From Myxococcales bacterium (lineage in GTDB: Bacteria; Desulfobacterota; Binatia; HRBIN30), in the NCBI GenBank assembly GCA_037445065.1, contig JBBILD010000015.1:1-64000 (forward strand): 64,000 nt of DNA, given 5' to 3'. The notes beneath the pieces are model-generated. The model made no database searches. It saw only the letters and a list, made by a program, of their open reading frames with translations, and was not told where the DNA came from. Positions 27,913 to 38,745 of this stretch are shown one piece after another. The position numbers and the translations under genes were made by a program. Each line of letters opens with the position of its first letter. The stretch's first letter is position 1.

Positions 27913-28976
27913 GCGCTAGCCTCCGTTTCTTCGTGCCGCCGCTTCCAAGCGACCACCAAGGCACGGTAATCAATGACCGGTTCGTGCAGCGGGTGGGGCA
28001 GCACGACGCGCGGCGCTTGCCGCTTGCCCGTCACCCGCTCGCGCAGCCAGCCGATCAAGCGCTCGGGTAGTGGGCGCCGACTAGCCACGAGCAGGCCGGC
28101 ACGAGCGAGACAGCGTTCGATCTCCGCCCGTACGGCCTGATGCAAGTGACCGCGCCGCTCGATGTCGGCGAGCGAGTTGCAGAGCCGGCGGGGCTGGTAG
28201 GCGGCCTCTTCGAGCAGCGCCTTGGCAACCGCCTCCACTCCGGCCAGGTCGAGATGGCCATCTTGGTACAAGCAGCACGCAGTCTGGAAGTAATTGAACG
28301 TGGGAACCATGCGCGCGCCAAACGGTTGGAAGAGCGCAGGCGGGGTGCGGCGTTCGAGATTGATGTAAATCCGCTCGACCGCGTCTGCCTTCGGGACCGC
28401 GGCGGCGAGTTCCACAGCCGTCTCGATCAGCTCCGGATCCACGCCGATTGCCGAGAGGATCTCCGGCAGCTCTTCGCTGCGCACGCGCCCGCCCAGGATG
28501 TCCGCGTACAGCGAGTAAATGACGGGATCGGACTCCCAGTCGTCGCCGAACAAGATTTCCTGCGCTTCAACCGGTTCTTGCGGGCGTTGGCGCAAAAGTT
28601 GCGTGAGCTTGTACCCGACTTGCTCGCGCAAATTGCGGAAGCGGCCGCGCATGATGTTTTGCAACTGGTTCTTAAAAGTGATGCCGTCGTACTCGATTCC
28701 ATCGAGGGCGAGCTTTTCCTTGATTGCGCGCGCAATTTGCGGCGGGCTGGCGGAGATAAAGTACACACGCACCGGGCGCTTTTGCTCCTGCGCTACGCGC
28801 CGCAAGTGGCGAATGAGCGGCACCACGCCCGGTACCGCCACCTTGTCCTCCGGTTTCTCGAAGGGGATGGTGACCAGGCCGCGCAGGGTGTGGAAGTCGC
28901 TTTTCAGGTAGGTCTTGTCCAAGTCCCAGCGCAGCACCAGTGGATGGTGCGACAAAAGAGCTTTTCCTCTCGCCAC
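27909..28976 (-). CDS. HAD-like DxDxT phosphatase-domain protein (App1-like)
   Basis: RWDLDKTYL, FISASP, LFGDDWESD. Confidence 0.75.
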   Translation of the reverse strand: MARGKALLSHHPLVLRWDLDKTYLKSDFHTLRGLVTIPFEKPEDKVAVPGVVPLIRHLRRVAQEQKRPVRVYFISASPPQIARAIKEKLALDGIEYDGITFKNQLQNIMRGRFRNLREQVGYKLTQLLRQRPQEPVEAQEILFGDDWESDPVIYSLYADILGGRVRSEELPEILSAIGVDPELIETAVELAAAVPKADAVERIYINLERRTPPALFQPFGARMVPTFNYFQTACCLYQDGHLDLAGVEAVAKALLEEAAYQPRRLCNSLADIERRGHLHQAVRAEIERCLARAGLLVASRRPLPERLIGWLRERVTGKRQAPRVVLPHPLHEPVIDYRALVVAWKRRHEETEASA

Positions 28977-28979
28977 AGC

Positions 28980-29990
28980 TTACTGCTCCACCAGCGCTCG
29001 GATCTCGCGTACCACGTCATCGCGCACCCCTTTGGCTGCTACCTTGACCGCATTGGCAATGGCGCCTGCACTGGAGCGGCCGTGCGCTTTGATGGCGAGA
29101 TGTTCAAAGCCAAGGATCGGCGCGCCACCGTACTTGGTGTAATCGGTGAGTTCGCGCAGGCGCGCGATCCCACTCTCCATTACCCGAAGGCCGAGTTTAT
29201 ACCGCCAGCTCTCGCGCGCGGCTCCGCCAGCCATTTCGGCAAGCAACTCCGCGAGACCCTCGAGCAACTTGAGTACGATGTTCCCGACGAAGCCTTCGCA
29301 CACGATTACGTCGGCCTTGCCTTTGACCAGCTCGTGTCCCTCCACGTTGCCTGTGAAGTTGATGCCAGGCAAGTGCTGCAAGCGGAGGAATGCTTCCACC
29401 AGCGTGTCGCCCCCTTTGTTTTCTTCGCTGCCCATGTTCAGCAGCGCCACTCGGGGGCTCGGCACTTTGGAAATGCGCTTGGCGTACGCACTGCCCATCA
29501 GCGCAAATTGCACGAGTTCGGTTGCACCGCAGCGCACGGTGGCCCCGACGTCGAGTAAGAGGGCGAAGCGGTCTTGCCCCGGGTACTCTGTCTGCCGCGG
29601 GTATACCGAGGCCAGGGCCGCACGGCGGATTCCAGGCAAGGTGCGAAAGAAGCGCGCACAGGCGAGCACCGCCGCTCCCGTGTTTCCAGCAGTGACCAAC
29701 GCATCCGCCTCGCCTTTGGCTACCAACTCCGCGGCCACACACACAGACGCCCTCGATTTGTTGCGGATGGCGGCGTGCGGCTCCTCCGCCATGCCGATCG
29801 CCTCCGGCGCATGGTGGATTTGCAGCGTCTCTGGCCGGTACTCCTGGCGTTCGAGCAGCGGCTGGATTTGCTTTTGATCCCCTACAAGCACGAGTTCGAT
29901 CTCGGTCTCGCGGGAAATTTGCGCCGCGGCCTTTACCGCCTCGAACGGCGCAAAGTCGCCTCCCATGGCATCCAGCGCGATCGTCGGCAT
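28980..29990 (-). CDS. plsX: Phosphate acyltransferase PlsX
   Basis: IALDAMGGDFAP, VTAGNTGA, LLNMGSEENKG, VCEGFVGNIVLK..EG, YGGAPILG, KAHG.S; GGAGG RBS. Confidence 0.93.
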   Translation of the reverse strand: MPTIALDAMGGDFAPFEAVKAAAQISRETEIELVLVGDQKQIQPLLERQEYRPETLQIHHAPEAIGMAEEPHAAIRNKSRASVCVAAELVAKGEADALVTAGNTGAAVLACARFFRTLPGIRRAALASVYPRQTEYPGQDRFALLLDVGATVRCGATELVQFALMGSAYAKRISKVPSPRVALLNMGSEENKGGDTLVEAFLRLQHLPGINFTGNVEGHELVKGKADVIVCEGFVGNIVLKLLEGLAELLAEMAGGAARESWRYKLGLRVMESGIARLRELTDYTKYGGAPILGFEHLAIKAHGRSSAGAIANAVKVAAKGVRDDVVREIRALVEQ

Positions 29991-30838
29991 GGCAACCTCC
30001 TTTAGCAAAAGCGCAAGGGCCACCGGCCTCCTCTTGAAGAACCGGTGCACAAGGGCCCGCACCCCGATCCTGCTCGTCGCGAGGGCGAAAGGGCGAACCG
30101 CAAATCGCGCGCGGCATGATTCTCTGGTCAACCCCCAAGCGGGATTTGCAAACGGCCCCAAACATCGGAGCGGTTGCGGGGGCGGTTGCGGGGAGAGCTG
30201 TACATTTGACCCTCATCGAAGGTGATGGTTGGCGATGTTCGGGAACGCTTAGGGAGTAGAAGCTCGCTTTGCCGGGGCACCCACCTTGACGAGCCGGCGG
30301 ACGTACGCGCGGCGGTGCATGGTTCCGTTGCCGGGGACCATATCGCCAGAGCCCTGAAGAGCGGGGTTCTCGGGACGTGTCGGGAGGACGTTCTGGGATA
30401 CCCACTGTGCGATCACGTCCGCGCGGCGGGCCGGGCTGCTGCCCGCGGTCAGAACAGCGAGCGACCAGAAGCGAGCGACGATTCATCAGCGGCAAAGGGC
30501 GGATGGTGGGTTTCGAGCGGATACGAAGGCTGCCAGTGCGCCCTAGCGTTCCCGCCACCACGCGACCACCTCGCATCCATGTGCTCCGTGGGACACCCGA
30601 TGTTTCCCCTGGCACGAGGGATGGCAGATTGTGGTCGTGTGGCCGACCACTGCCCCTGATCCAGTCGAGGGCACGCATGTGGTTTTCCGGCTCCGGATCG
30701 GGGTGATGTCCCGGTGCTCCGGGTGGATTCGCCTGATGGCAAGGATGCTCCGCAGGACCTCGGATGGAGAATCTTCTGATGGCGATGCCGGAGCGCTGCG
30801 GGTGCGTCGAGCAGACTGGACAGTGGGACAGAAGCGAG

Positions 30839-32305
30839 TCAGGGTATCGCGTCGCTAAGGCGGATCGCTGGCCACTTGTCCGCGAGCCTTCCCTGCCAGC
30901 GGAACGGGAAGCGCACGCCCTGGGTCCCCGAGACTGCGGCTTCCGCGCAGGGCGGTAAGGATGCAGCCGCCTTGCAGAACGCGTGAACCAGCGGTTCATC
31001 GAGGCGCAGTTCGAGCTGTAAATCCACCTCGGCCGGGGCAACAGTCCAGCGGCCGCTGCCAGTCAAGGCAAAGCCCGGGCCTGTGGCCGAACCGTGCTGC
31101 AATCGTACGCCGCCGTCTTCGAGTTCCCAGCTAGCCTCGGCGCGGCGCACGTAGGAACGGGCGCGGACAAGGAGTTCGGGGAAGGCGTAGCGGAGTTCGT
31201 CCGGCAAGGCCGGCACTTGCGGATCGCGTGCGCGCAAAGCAGTGAGGAGGAGCCCGTAAAGCACATTCGTCTGGCCGACGCGCAGTTCTTCCACCGACAA
31301 GGTGCCGTTCCCTTGCGCCTCATCGAGGGGAAAGCTGCCACGCTCTCCCTGGCGAAGGGGAGCGACCGGAATCCGCAGGTTGCCGCGAAGGGACACTCTG
31401 CCGGTGACCAGCCCGCGGAAGTCGAGAAAGAAGTCGTTCACGAGTGGGGCAAGCTGGGCGTGTTCGAGGGCGAAGGCCAATTCCGCGACGCCATGCGGCT
31501 CCGCGGCCGCTTCAGGGGGCCGATGTGCCACGCGCACCGACAAGTTTGCGCCAGCGATGCGGCCAGAACCGGAGGCAGAGCGAAGCATGCCGTTGCGGAG
31601 GAATTCCAGCTCGAGCGGAGCGAGTTCCAGCAAGACGTCTTCTCCCAACAAAGCGGCTCCCCGGACGGTGAGAAGGAACTGGCCGCTTGTCAGCTCATCC
31701 CAGGTCGCGCTGAGATCGAAGCGCCGCTCTTGCTCGCCGTGTACCCCGGTCGCACGGAAGCGCAGGCTCGCAGGAGGTCGCTGTTCCCACTCGGTGCGAG
31801 AGAGTCGCACGAGCCGCTGGGGGGCGGCGCCTGGGGGAACCCGGGTGAGGGCGGCTCCCTCGATGGACCCCGCTGTGAGCCATGCGGGAAGTGCCCCATG
31901 ATGCGCGAAAGCGAAGGCGAGTGCCTGGCCAGCCCAGGTCCAAACGCGCGCCGCGTCGTCTTCTACGTCGGAGTGGGGTTGCCACTCGACGTGCAGGTCG
32001 TTCAGCGTGGCCCGCAAGGACGCCTGGTGGCGGCGCAGGGAAGCCCAGGGATCGAGGGATAGCCGCGCCGCGGCCAGGTGGATCCCCATCCGTCCCGTAC
32101 CATTCGGGAAGTCGGTGGCTAACCGTTCGATGCGCAGGTGTGGCCAGGGAAAGGCAACGAGAGCCAGCTCCGCGGTCACGCCGTGCGCGTGCAGCCAGGC
32201 ACGAAGATCCGCGGCAGTGGCACGCAGCCAATGCATCGTGGCGACAGCGGTTGCACTGGCTGCCAGAGCCAGCAGCACGGCGGCGAGCAGGGTAAGCTTG
32301 CGCAT
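30839..32305 (-). CDS. AsmA-like envelope protein
   Basis: N-terminal TM anchor; beta-rich body; C-terminal L.G.G.W....VDLQL and PFRWQGRLAD pattern. Confidence 0.6.
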   Translation of the reverse strand: MRKLTLLAAVLLALAASATAVATMHWLRATAADLRAWLHAHGVTAELALVAFPWPHLRIERLATDFPNGTGRMGIHLAAARLSLDPWASLRRHQASLRATLNDLHVEWQPHSDVEDDAARVWTWAGQALAFAFAHHGALPAWLTAGSIEGAALTRVPPGAAPQRLVRLSRTEWEQRPPASLRFRATGVHGEQERRFDLSATWDELTSGQFLLTVRGAALLGEDVLLELAPLELEFLRNGMLRSASGSGRIAGANLSVRVAHRPPEAAAEPHGVAELAFALEHAQLAPLVNDFFLDFRGLVTGRVSLRGNLRIPVAPLRQGERGSFPLDEAQGNGTLSVEELRVGQTNVLYGLLLTALRARDPQVPALPDELRYAFPELLVRARSYVRRAEASWELEDGGVRLQHGSATGPGFALTGSGRWTVAPAEVDLQLELRLDEPLVHAFCKAAASLPPCAEAAVSGTQGVRFPFRWQGRLADKWPAIRLSDAIP

Positions 32306-32396
32306 TGCCGGAAATTGGGGCTTCATGCTGGCGAAGGCGCCGGTGCCGTGCAAGGGATCGCGGCCCGACCCAACACAGGCAGGAGGCCAACCAGCG

Positions 32397-33197
32397 ATGA
32401 AGTACGAGCACATCGAAGTCACGCGAGAAGGATGGATTGTGACCCTGAAGCTCAATCGTCCCGAGACCCGCAATTCCATGACCCCGGCGATGGGCGATGA
32501 GATTGCGCACGCGGTAAGCGAACTCAAAAAAGACGCGGCCGTGCGGGTGGTCGTTGTACGCGGCGCAGGAAAAGCCTTTAGTTCGGGCGGCGATCTGGGG
32601 ATGCTGGCTCGTGACACTGGGCTAGTAGCTGGGGGCGAGGGGCCAACGATGGCCGGCTCGCCACGCGACTTTTACACCCGCTTCCTGTCCATCACGGAAC
32701 TTCCCGTGCCAACGATTGCCGCAATCAATGGTCACGCCATCGGGGCAGGCCTGTGCTTGGCTTTGGCCTGCGACCTCCGGATCGCAGTGCGCAGCGCCAA
32801 AATGGGGCTCACCTTTACCCGCTTGGGAATCCATCCGGGCATGGGTGCCACGTACTTTCTCCCGCGCTTGGTCGGCACCTCGCGCGCCTGCGACTTACTG
32901 TTTACCGGGCGCGTGTTTGGCGCGGAGGAAGCGGAGCGGCTCGGGATTGTCAACCGCGTGGCTCATGAGGACGAGTTCGAGGCTGCCACGCGTGCTTGGG
33001 CGCAGGAAATTGCATCTGCGGGCCCAATTGCAGTACGGTTGGTGAAACGAGCGATTTATCGGGGGGTCCACCATTCGTTAGCGGAGATGTTAGACTTCGA
33101 GTCGTTGCAGCAAAGCTGGACCTTTACCACGGAAGATGCCCGCGAGGGCCTGCGGGCGATGATGGAAAAACGGCAGCCCCAGTTCACGGGCAAGTAG
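32397..33197 (+). CDS. Enoyl-CoA hydratase/isomerase
   Basis: LNRPETRNSM, AFSSGGDL, AAINGHAIGAG, LGIHPGMG, KRQPQFTGK. Confidence 0.95.
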   Translation: MKYEHIEVTREGWIVTLKLNRPETRNSMTPAMGDEIAHAVSELKKDAAVRVVVVRGAGKAFSSGGDLGMLARDTGLVAGGEGPTMAGSPRDFYTRFLSITELPVPTIAAINGHAIGAGLCLALACDLRIAVRSAKMGLTFTRLGIHPGMGATYFLPRLVGTSRACDLLFTGRVFGAEEAERLGIVNRVAHEDEFEAATRAWAQEIASAGPIAVRLVKRAIYRGVHHSLAEMLDFESLQQSWTFTTEDAREGLRAMMEKRQPQFTGK

Positions 33198-33206
33198 GAG
33201 GCACGC

Positions 33207-34004
33207 GTGGCAAGAGGAGAGGCGGGCAAGAAGAGGGCGTTGGTCACCGGAGCATCGGCCGGGATCGGCCAGGCATTCGCGCGGCGGCTTGCGCGTGATG
33301 GCTATGACCTCATTTTGGTGGCGCGCGATCAAGCGCGGCTGCAGGAACTCGCTCGCGAATTGGAAAGCGGGCGCGGGATCACGGCTGAGGTGCTGGTGGC
33401 GGACCTGACCAAACCCGAACCGCGCAAGCGGGTAGAGCAGCGCATTGCCGAATCGCACTTGAGTTTGCTGGTGAACAACGCTGGCTTCGGTACCGTAGGC
33501 CCCTTCTACCGCCTGGACCCAGATCGGGAAGAAGAGGAGATTCGGCTCAATGTGATCGCGCTCGTGCGCCTGGCTCGCGCAGCGCTGCCGGGAATGCTGG
33601 AACGGAACCACGGCGCGATCATCAATGTGTCTTCGGTAGCGGCATTTCAGCCAACACCGTTCAACGCCACCTATGGAGCGACCAAGGCATTCGTGAACAG
33701 CTTTACTGAAGCACTGGCGGAGGAGATCCGCGGGAGCCAGGTGCGACTCCAGGCGCTGTGCCCCGGGTTTACCCGCACTGAGTTCCAAAAGCGTGCGGGG
33801 ATTCGCGAGGTGCGGGTGCCTTCCTTCGCATGGATGACCCCAGAGGAGGTGGTAGACGCCTCGCTCGCTGCACTGCAAAGGGGGCAGCTGATTTGCGTGC
33901 CGGGGTGGTCGTACAAAGCGCTCACGCACGTGACCGGGTGGGCACCCCGCGCTTTGGTGCGGCGGATCAGCGGTGCGTTGGGGCGGTCGTTCGGTCAGGA
34001 GTGA
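33207..34004 (+). CDS. Short-chain dehydrogenase/reductase
   Basis: TGASAGIG, NNAGFG, YGATKAFV, LCPGFTRTEF. Confidence 0.95.
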   Translation: MARGEAGKKRALVTGASAGIGQAFARRLARDGYDLILVARDQARLQELARELESGRGITAEVLVADLTKPEPRKRVEQRIAESHLSLLVNNAGFGTVGPFYRLDPDREEEEIRLNVIALVRLARAALPGMLERNHGAIINVSSVAAFQPTPFNATYGATKAFVNSFTEALAEEIRGSQVRLQALCPGFTRTEFQKRAGIREVRVPSFAWMTPEEVVDASLAALQRGQLICVPGWSYKALTHVTGWAPRALVRRISGALGRSFGQE

Positions 34005-34028
34005 GCCGCGGCAACACGAAGCCGAGCG

Positions 34029-34067
34029 ACCCTCCTCTCGCTGTGGGGGCAGGGGCGAGAGGAGGGT
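34029..34067. terminator. 13-bp perfect stem-loop after the SDR gene
   Basis: ACCCTCCTCTCGC-N13-GCGAGAGGAGGGT, 24 nt after stop; short U-tract. Confidence 0.55.
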
Positions 34068-34547
34068 TGAAGGCGAAACGCCTTCTCGCTCGGACAACTG
34101 GCCACAAACTCATCAGGCTCGTGCAGAGGAGTGGCGGCAGAATCACACGGCCCGCGCGCGGCAAGATACAAGCAGGGCCACCTTCTTACCGGTTGTACGG
34201 TTGTAGTCGACCCTCTCATTCGGCTGCCGCTCTGTTCAGTTTCCTCCACCACCACTCCCGCGACCTCACACCGGCGCCGGCACCTGGTTACCTTTACCGA
34301 GCGCACACTTGCGCTCGGAGAAACCAGCGGCGGACCGCCTTCACTGCGCCGCTTGTACCCCTGCCGCCACCCGAACGCAAGCGCGGGGAGCAACGAGCGT
34401 GGCATTTCGAGAACAGATGGCGAATAGTTTGGTTGCCGAACGGGTCTCGACTCAAAGTGAAGCTGGGTCCTCCGTGGCGGGAACCAGCTTAGTATAACGC
34501 AAGTAGCGTGGACGATGTGGCGATGCGCGGTGTCGTAGGACTCAAGC

Positions 34548-36962
34548 ATGAGCGGAAAGAGGATTTGGCTGGCGAGCGAAGGCGGGTATTTTGGCGAGTG
34601 GGCAACCGACGCTTTTGGCCTCCCCTGTTTTGACGTGCGGGTGCAAACCGGTCGGGGCGAGCTGGTTTTGCCCGACCGCGATGCGCGCCGGATGTGGCAT
34701 CAGGTGGGAAACGACCGGGTAACGGCGATCGCGCACGTGGGCGGGTGGACCAATGTGTACTTTGCTGACCGTGGCTTTGCGCGCTGGGGAGGCGCCCGCC
34801 CCGAGCGACGGGAGCAGCTTGGAGGCATGTGGCGGTGTGTGTCGGGTTCGAACCGCTGGGATTGTCTCTCTCCGACCTCCGAGGTGCAAACGCGATGGGG
34901 GATGGGCTACGCGGAGTGGAACGTGCGTGCTGGTCCCTTCGAGGTCCGGCGGCAGGTTTGGGCACCGTTTGGTGACCTGCCCGCCGTGTGTGTGGATGTC
35001 GAGGTCGGTGCTTTGGCGAGCGGAAGCTACGAAGAACGCTGGCCGCTCCATTGGTATCCGCTCTTCCTCGGCTTGCTCATGAGCCGCTGGACACCACCTC
35101 CGCCCCATCACAACGCCAGCAAGCGATGGTTGTGGCGGGCTATGTTCGCGGCTTCGAGTGCGATGCGCTGGGGGACGGAGCGCCTGCGCCAGGCGCTCGC
35201 CCGGCGGCTCGAGGTGCGTGTCCTGCCTTTGGACGAACTCAGCGCGCCAGGGCTAATGGCAGTATTCCTCTACCGTGGCCCCTTTCGGCCGCGTTCGCCA
35301 GAGGCGCCTTCGTTTTTGGATGGTTTCCCCAAGTCCCTCTTCCTTCTTGTGTTGTCCGGGCGAGCCCGTCTGAGCAACGCTGCTGCACCCCCAGCGTTCG
35401 TGGCCGAGGCGACTCTCGAAAAAGGCCACACGGACCGCTTTCGTTTTGCCCTTGGTTGTGGGGAGAGGGCGGCGATCGGTGAACTCGTAGCCGAGCTCGG
35501 CAAGGCGAGCTTGGAGAGCACGGCTGCACGTTGGAAAGAGCAGCTTCAGGTCGTGCTGCCGGAAGCCCCTTGGCTCGCGCGCGAACTCGAGTGGCACGGA
35601 TACTATTTGCGCAGCGCCCAAGTGCGAGACGACTACTTTGAGGCCACCGTGCTGCCACAGGGCTCCGCCTACGGTTTTGTGCACGGCTTGCACGGAGCGA
35701 TCCGCGATTCTGCCATTGCCACAGTGCCGCTGATCTTTCTCCACCCTGCTAGTGCTCGGGACAACTTGCGGCTCATGATGCGCATGACCGCCCCGGACGG
35801 CAGCATGTTCTACGGCTACACCGGATACGGGAAGTGCGTCTCCGTGGGAGTGCACAAGGCGCCTACGGATCTGCCGCTGTTTTTCTTGTGGGCGCTGAGC
35901 GAGTACGTGTGGGCCACCGGAGATCATGCCTTCCTGGAAGAATTGGTGCCGTTCTATCCAAAGCACCTGCAGGCCGTCTCGACCGTCCGCGAGCGGGTGC
36001 GGCTGGCGTGGCGTTACGTGCGCGATCGCGTGGGTTGTGGCGAGCACGGGATGCTCCGTGTCGGCAGTGGCGACTGGAGCGACCCGATCTCGATGATGGT
36101 ACGAAACCGCTTCGCGTTCCGAAGGCGCGGCGAGTCTGGGTTCAACACCGCGATGGCCTTGTATGTGCTGCCGCGCGCCGCAGACTTACTAACGCCGACA
36201 GATCCGCAGGAAGCGGAAGAAATCCGCGCCTTTGTGGAGAGACTGCGCGCGGCCATGGAACGCGCGTGGACGGGACGCTGGTTCCTGCGCGGTTGGGATG
36301 GTCAAGGCCGCCCGCTCGGCGAAGAACATTTGTTCCTGGATGCGAACGTGTGGGCGCTGATTGCGAAGGTGGGCGATGCGCGGCAGCGCTCGCTGCTAGT
36401 TGCCCACATTCACGAGAAGCTGGACGAACCCTCGCCCATCGGAGCGTGGATTCTGGACCGGCCCCACCCTGTGCGCGGCGGGGCGCTCCCCGAGGGGTGG
36501 GATTGCAACGGCGGGGTTTGGGCAGCAATCAACGGGCTTCTCACGTGGGCGTACGCGTTGCACGATGTGGAGTTGGCCTGGCGCAGCTTGCAAAAGCAGT
36601 CGCTCGCTTGCCACGCCCGCACGTACCCTCACGTTTGGTACGGCATCTGGAGCGGCCCGGATGCATACAATGCGGACTACGCCCACCGGCCCGGAGAAAC
36701 CTTTGTGCATCCGGCCACACCGATGGCGGAGTTCCCGGTGATGAACTCCAATGCGCACGCGGCTCCCTTGCTCGCCCTCTTGCGCCTTGTCGGGATCGAG
36801 ACCGGGCCGGACGGGATTCGCATTCAGCCGCGTCTGGTCGGTCGCGGAGCCTGGTCTTTGCGCACGCCGCTGCTGCAAGTGGAGTGGGATGGCTCTGAAC
36901 TGCGAACCTTTACCGCGTCCATTGCTGGGCTTGCCGTGCACCCTCCGGAACGAGGGGCGTAG
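34548..36962 (+). CDS. GH94-like glycoside phosphorylase/hydrolase, (alpha/alpha)6 type
   Basis: WHQVGND, HGAIRD, LRVGSGDWSD, GES.FNT, WTGRWFLR, NGGVW. Confidence 0.75.
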   Translation: MSGKRIWLASEGGYFGEWATDAFGLPCFDVRVQTGRGELVLPDRDARRMWHQVGNDRVTAIAHVGGWTNVYFADRGFARWGGARPERREQLGGMWRCVSGSNRWDCLSPTSEVQTRWGMGYAEWNVRAGPFEVRRQVWAPFGDLPAVCVDVEVGALASGSYEERWPLHWYPLFLGLLMSRWTPPPPHHNASKRWLWRAMFAASSAMRWGTERLRQALARRLEVRVLPLDELSAPGLMAVFLYRGPFRPRSPEAPSFLDGFPKSLFLLVLSGRARLSNAAAPPAFVAEATLEKGHTDRFRFALGCGERAAIGELVAELGKASLESTAARWKEQLQVVLPEAPWLARELEWHGYYLRSAQVRDDYFEATVLPQGSAYGFVHGLHGAIRDSAIATVPLIFLHPASARDNLRLMMRMTAPDGSMFYGYTGYGKCVSVGVHKAPTDLPLFFLWALSEYVWATGDHAFLEELVPFYPKHLQAVSTVRERVRLAWRYVRDRVGCGEHGMLRVGSGDWSDPISMMVRNRFAFRRRGESGFNTAMALYVLPRAADLLTPTDPQEAEEIRAFVERLRAAMERAWTGRWFLRGWDGQGRPLGEEHLFLDANVWALIAKVGDARQRSLLVAHIHEKLDEPSPIGAWILDRPHPVRGGALPEGWDCNGGVWAAINGLLTWAYALHDVELAWRSLQKQSLACHARTYPHVWYGIWSGPDAYNADYAHRPGETFVHPATPMAEFPVMNSNAHAAPLLALLRLVGIETGPDGIRIQPRLVGRGAWSLRTPLLQVEWDGSELRTFTASIAGLAVHPPERGA

Positions 36963-37749
36963 CGGAGCGGCACCTGCGGGACGCGTGAAGCGAGTTGCGA
37001 GAAAGGCGGAAGGTCTTCAACGAGACTTCCTCAGCGGGTGGGAAAAAGGACCGTACACGGCCTCCGCCTATCGAACCACGACACGTCTTTGCTGGGCAGC
37101 CACGTTCGACGGATGAGGCTGGTCTGCCGGAACGGGTCTGTGTCGGCGACTGACTCCAAGCAGCGTTTGCACGGATTGGGGTCCAGGTCAGCCGCGGTTG
37201 GGGCAAGAAACCCACCGCTGCCTTAGCTGCAACGTGTGTGCGCACGCACTCGCGCCTATCGTTTTCAGGCCCGGTGGGCACTTGCCATTGTTCCTAGTGA
37301 GAGGCTTTGAGGACACTCGAGAACTCGGGCTCGGAAACTTACGCTTTTGACTCCGGTGGATTGGAGGGAGACCCGGCGGGCTCACCTCCGGTTCCGCTGA
37401 TTGATGCGCAACGGGGTCTTAAGTTGAGTGCCCTGGGAACTTCACTGCCGAGGCGCGTTCCTCTCGCTTGTGCCGGCGACTTCGGGGGCAAAGCTGTGAC
37501 GGGGTGGAGCGGGGAGCCTGGCGCGATCGCAACGATGGCAACAAGAACGTGTGACAGACGGGGTGCGTTGCGAGTAGGGAGGTTTCACAGAGTGTATCGT
37601 CCGCGAGATCCCCGTGGGTTCGAGATCCATTTCGTGGACTTGAGGATTCGCAAGCCTGCATTGTGCGAGACATCGGGATAAGGGAGGCGCAGTCCTGGTG
37701 CAGGCAACCATTCTCGTAGGGTGCGCGCTTGCGAGAGGAGAAAGGCACC

Positions 37750-38745
37750 ATGGACTGCAAGTGGATCTGGGTCGTGATCGGCCTGCTTTTCGTGGGCCCG
37801 GTGTGCGTGCAGGCCGCGGCAGCACAGCGCCCCGCGGTTGCGCTTGGGGTAGAGAAGGTCTCTTTGGTCGGCAGCCGCCGTGCGTCAGGACAAACTACGC
37901 GGATCGCCAACCGCTCGCCGTCTTCTGCAGAGGCCAGTGCGGGCAAGGCCGGGGAGGCGCGCTTTAGCGAGCCGCCGGTCCCATTGCAGGCAGCCATCTC
38001 GAAGCGGCTCGGGCAGGAGCGAAGCGGCTACGCCGCCCAGCAGCAACGCACCGTGGCAGGGCTTCTCCCGCGGGTGCGCTTTGCCAATGTGGCACACGGG
38101 CTGAGAGCGGCGCACGACGGGCAGAGGTTGCTGGTGGAAGCGGGAGAGAGCTGTGCGTGGGGGCTTTCCAGGCCGCGGCTGGGTTGCCGTGCGGTTGGGG
38201 CGGAAGAGACGCGTTGGCAGAGAGTCGGGAGAGCTACAACGCAGCGGCTCGAGGTGAACCAGGTCGAGTGGGAGCGGTGTGCCGGCAGGGCGCGGGTCCG
38301 GGAAGCGGGTGCGGAACGGCCCCGCGGAATTGCAGCAAAGGTTTACGCTGGAGGGGGCGCCCGAGGGCTGCAGAGCGGGGGCGGAAGAAGTGGTGGTGGA
38401 GCTGGCTGTTCCTGGGACAGGTAAGAGCCTGGCGGTGGGGGTGGAAGCGAGTAAGCGCGCTGTGGTGGTGAAGAGAAGGGGCGAGGAGCGGGTCGTGCTG
38501 CGCTTCGGGGGGCTGTTTGCGTACAAAGGAAAAGGGAGGGAACTCCGAGCGTGGATGGAGGCCCGGGAGGGAAGCCGCCTGCGGCTAACCGTGGAGATGG
38601 CAGGGGCGGAGTATCCGGTGCTGATCCCCTTTTGCAGCAGGCCAAGCTAACTGCCTCGGACGGCGCAGCAGGTGGCTGGTTCCGTACCTCCGCTGCCATT
38701 TCCGGGGACACGGTGGTGGTAGGGGTGCTGGGGCACGACATTTCC
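37750..38745 (+). pseudogene. Decayed secreted FG-GAP-repeat (beta-propeller) protein
   Basis: Signal peptide at 37750; pieces in three frames: LQAAIS..LGQ / NGPAELQQRFTL..RELRAWME..AEYPV / DPLLQQAKLTASDGAAG.WF..S.AISGDTVVVG, then similarity lost. Confidence 0.7.

Noticed and set aside
29197..31041. Long alternative-frame ORFs (also 3500-4702, 28140-29558, 35834-36898)
   Set aside because: Arg/Pro/Ala-rich shadow frames expected in high-GC DNA, overlapping well-supported genes
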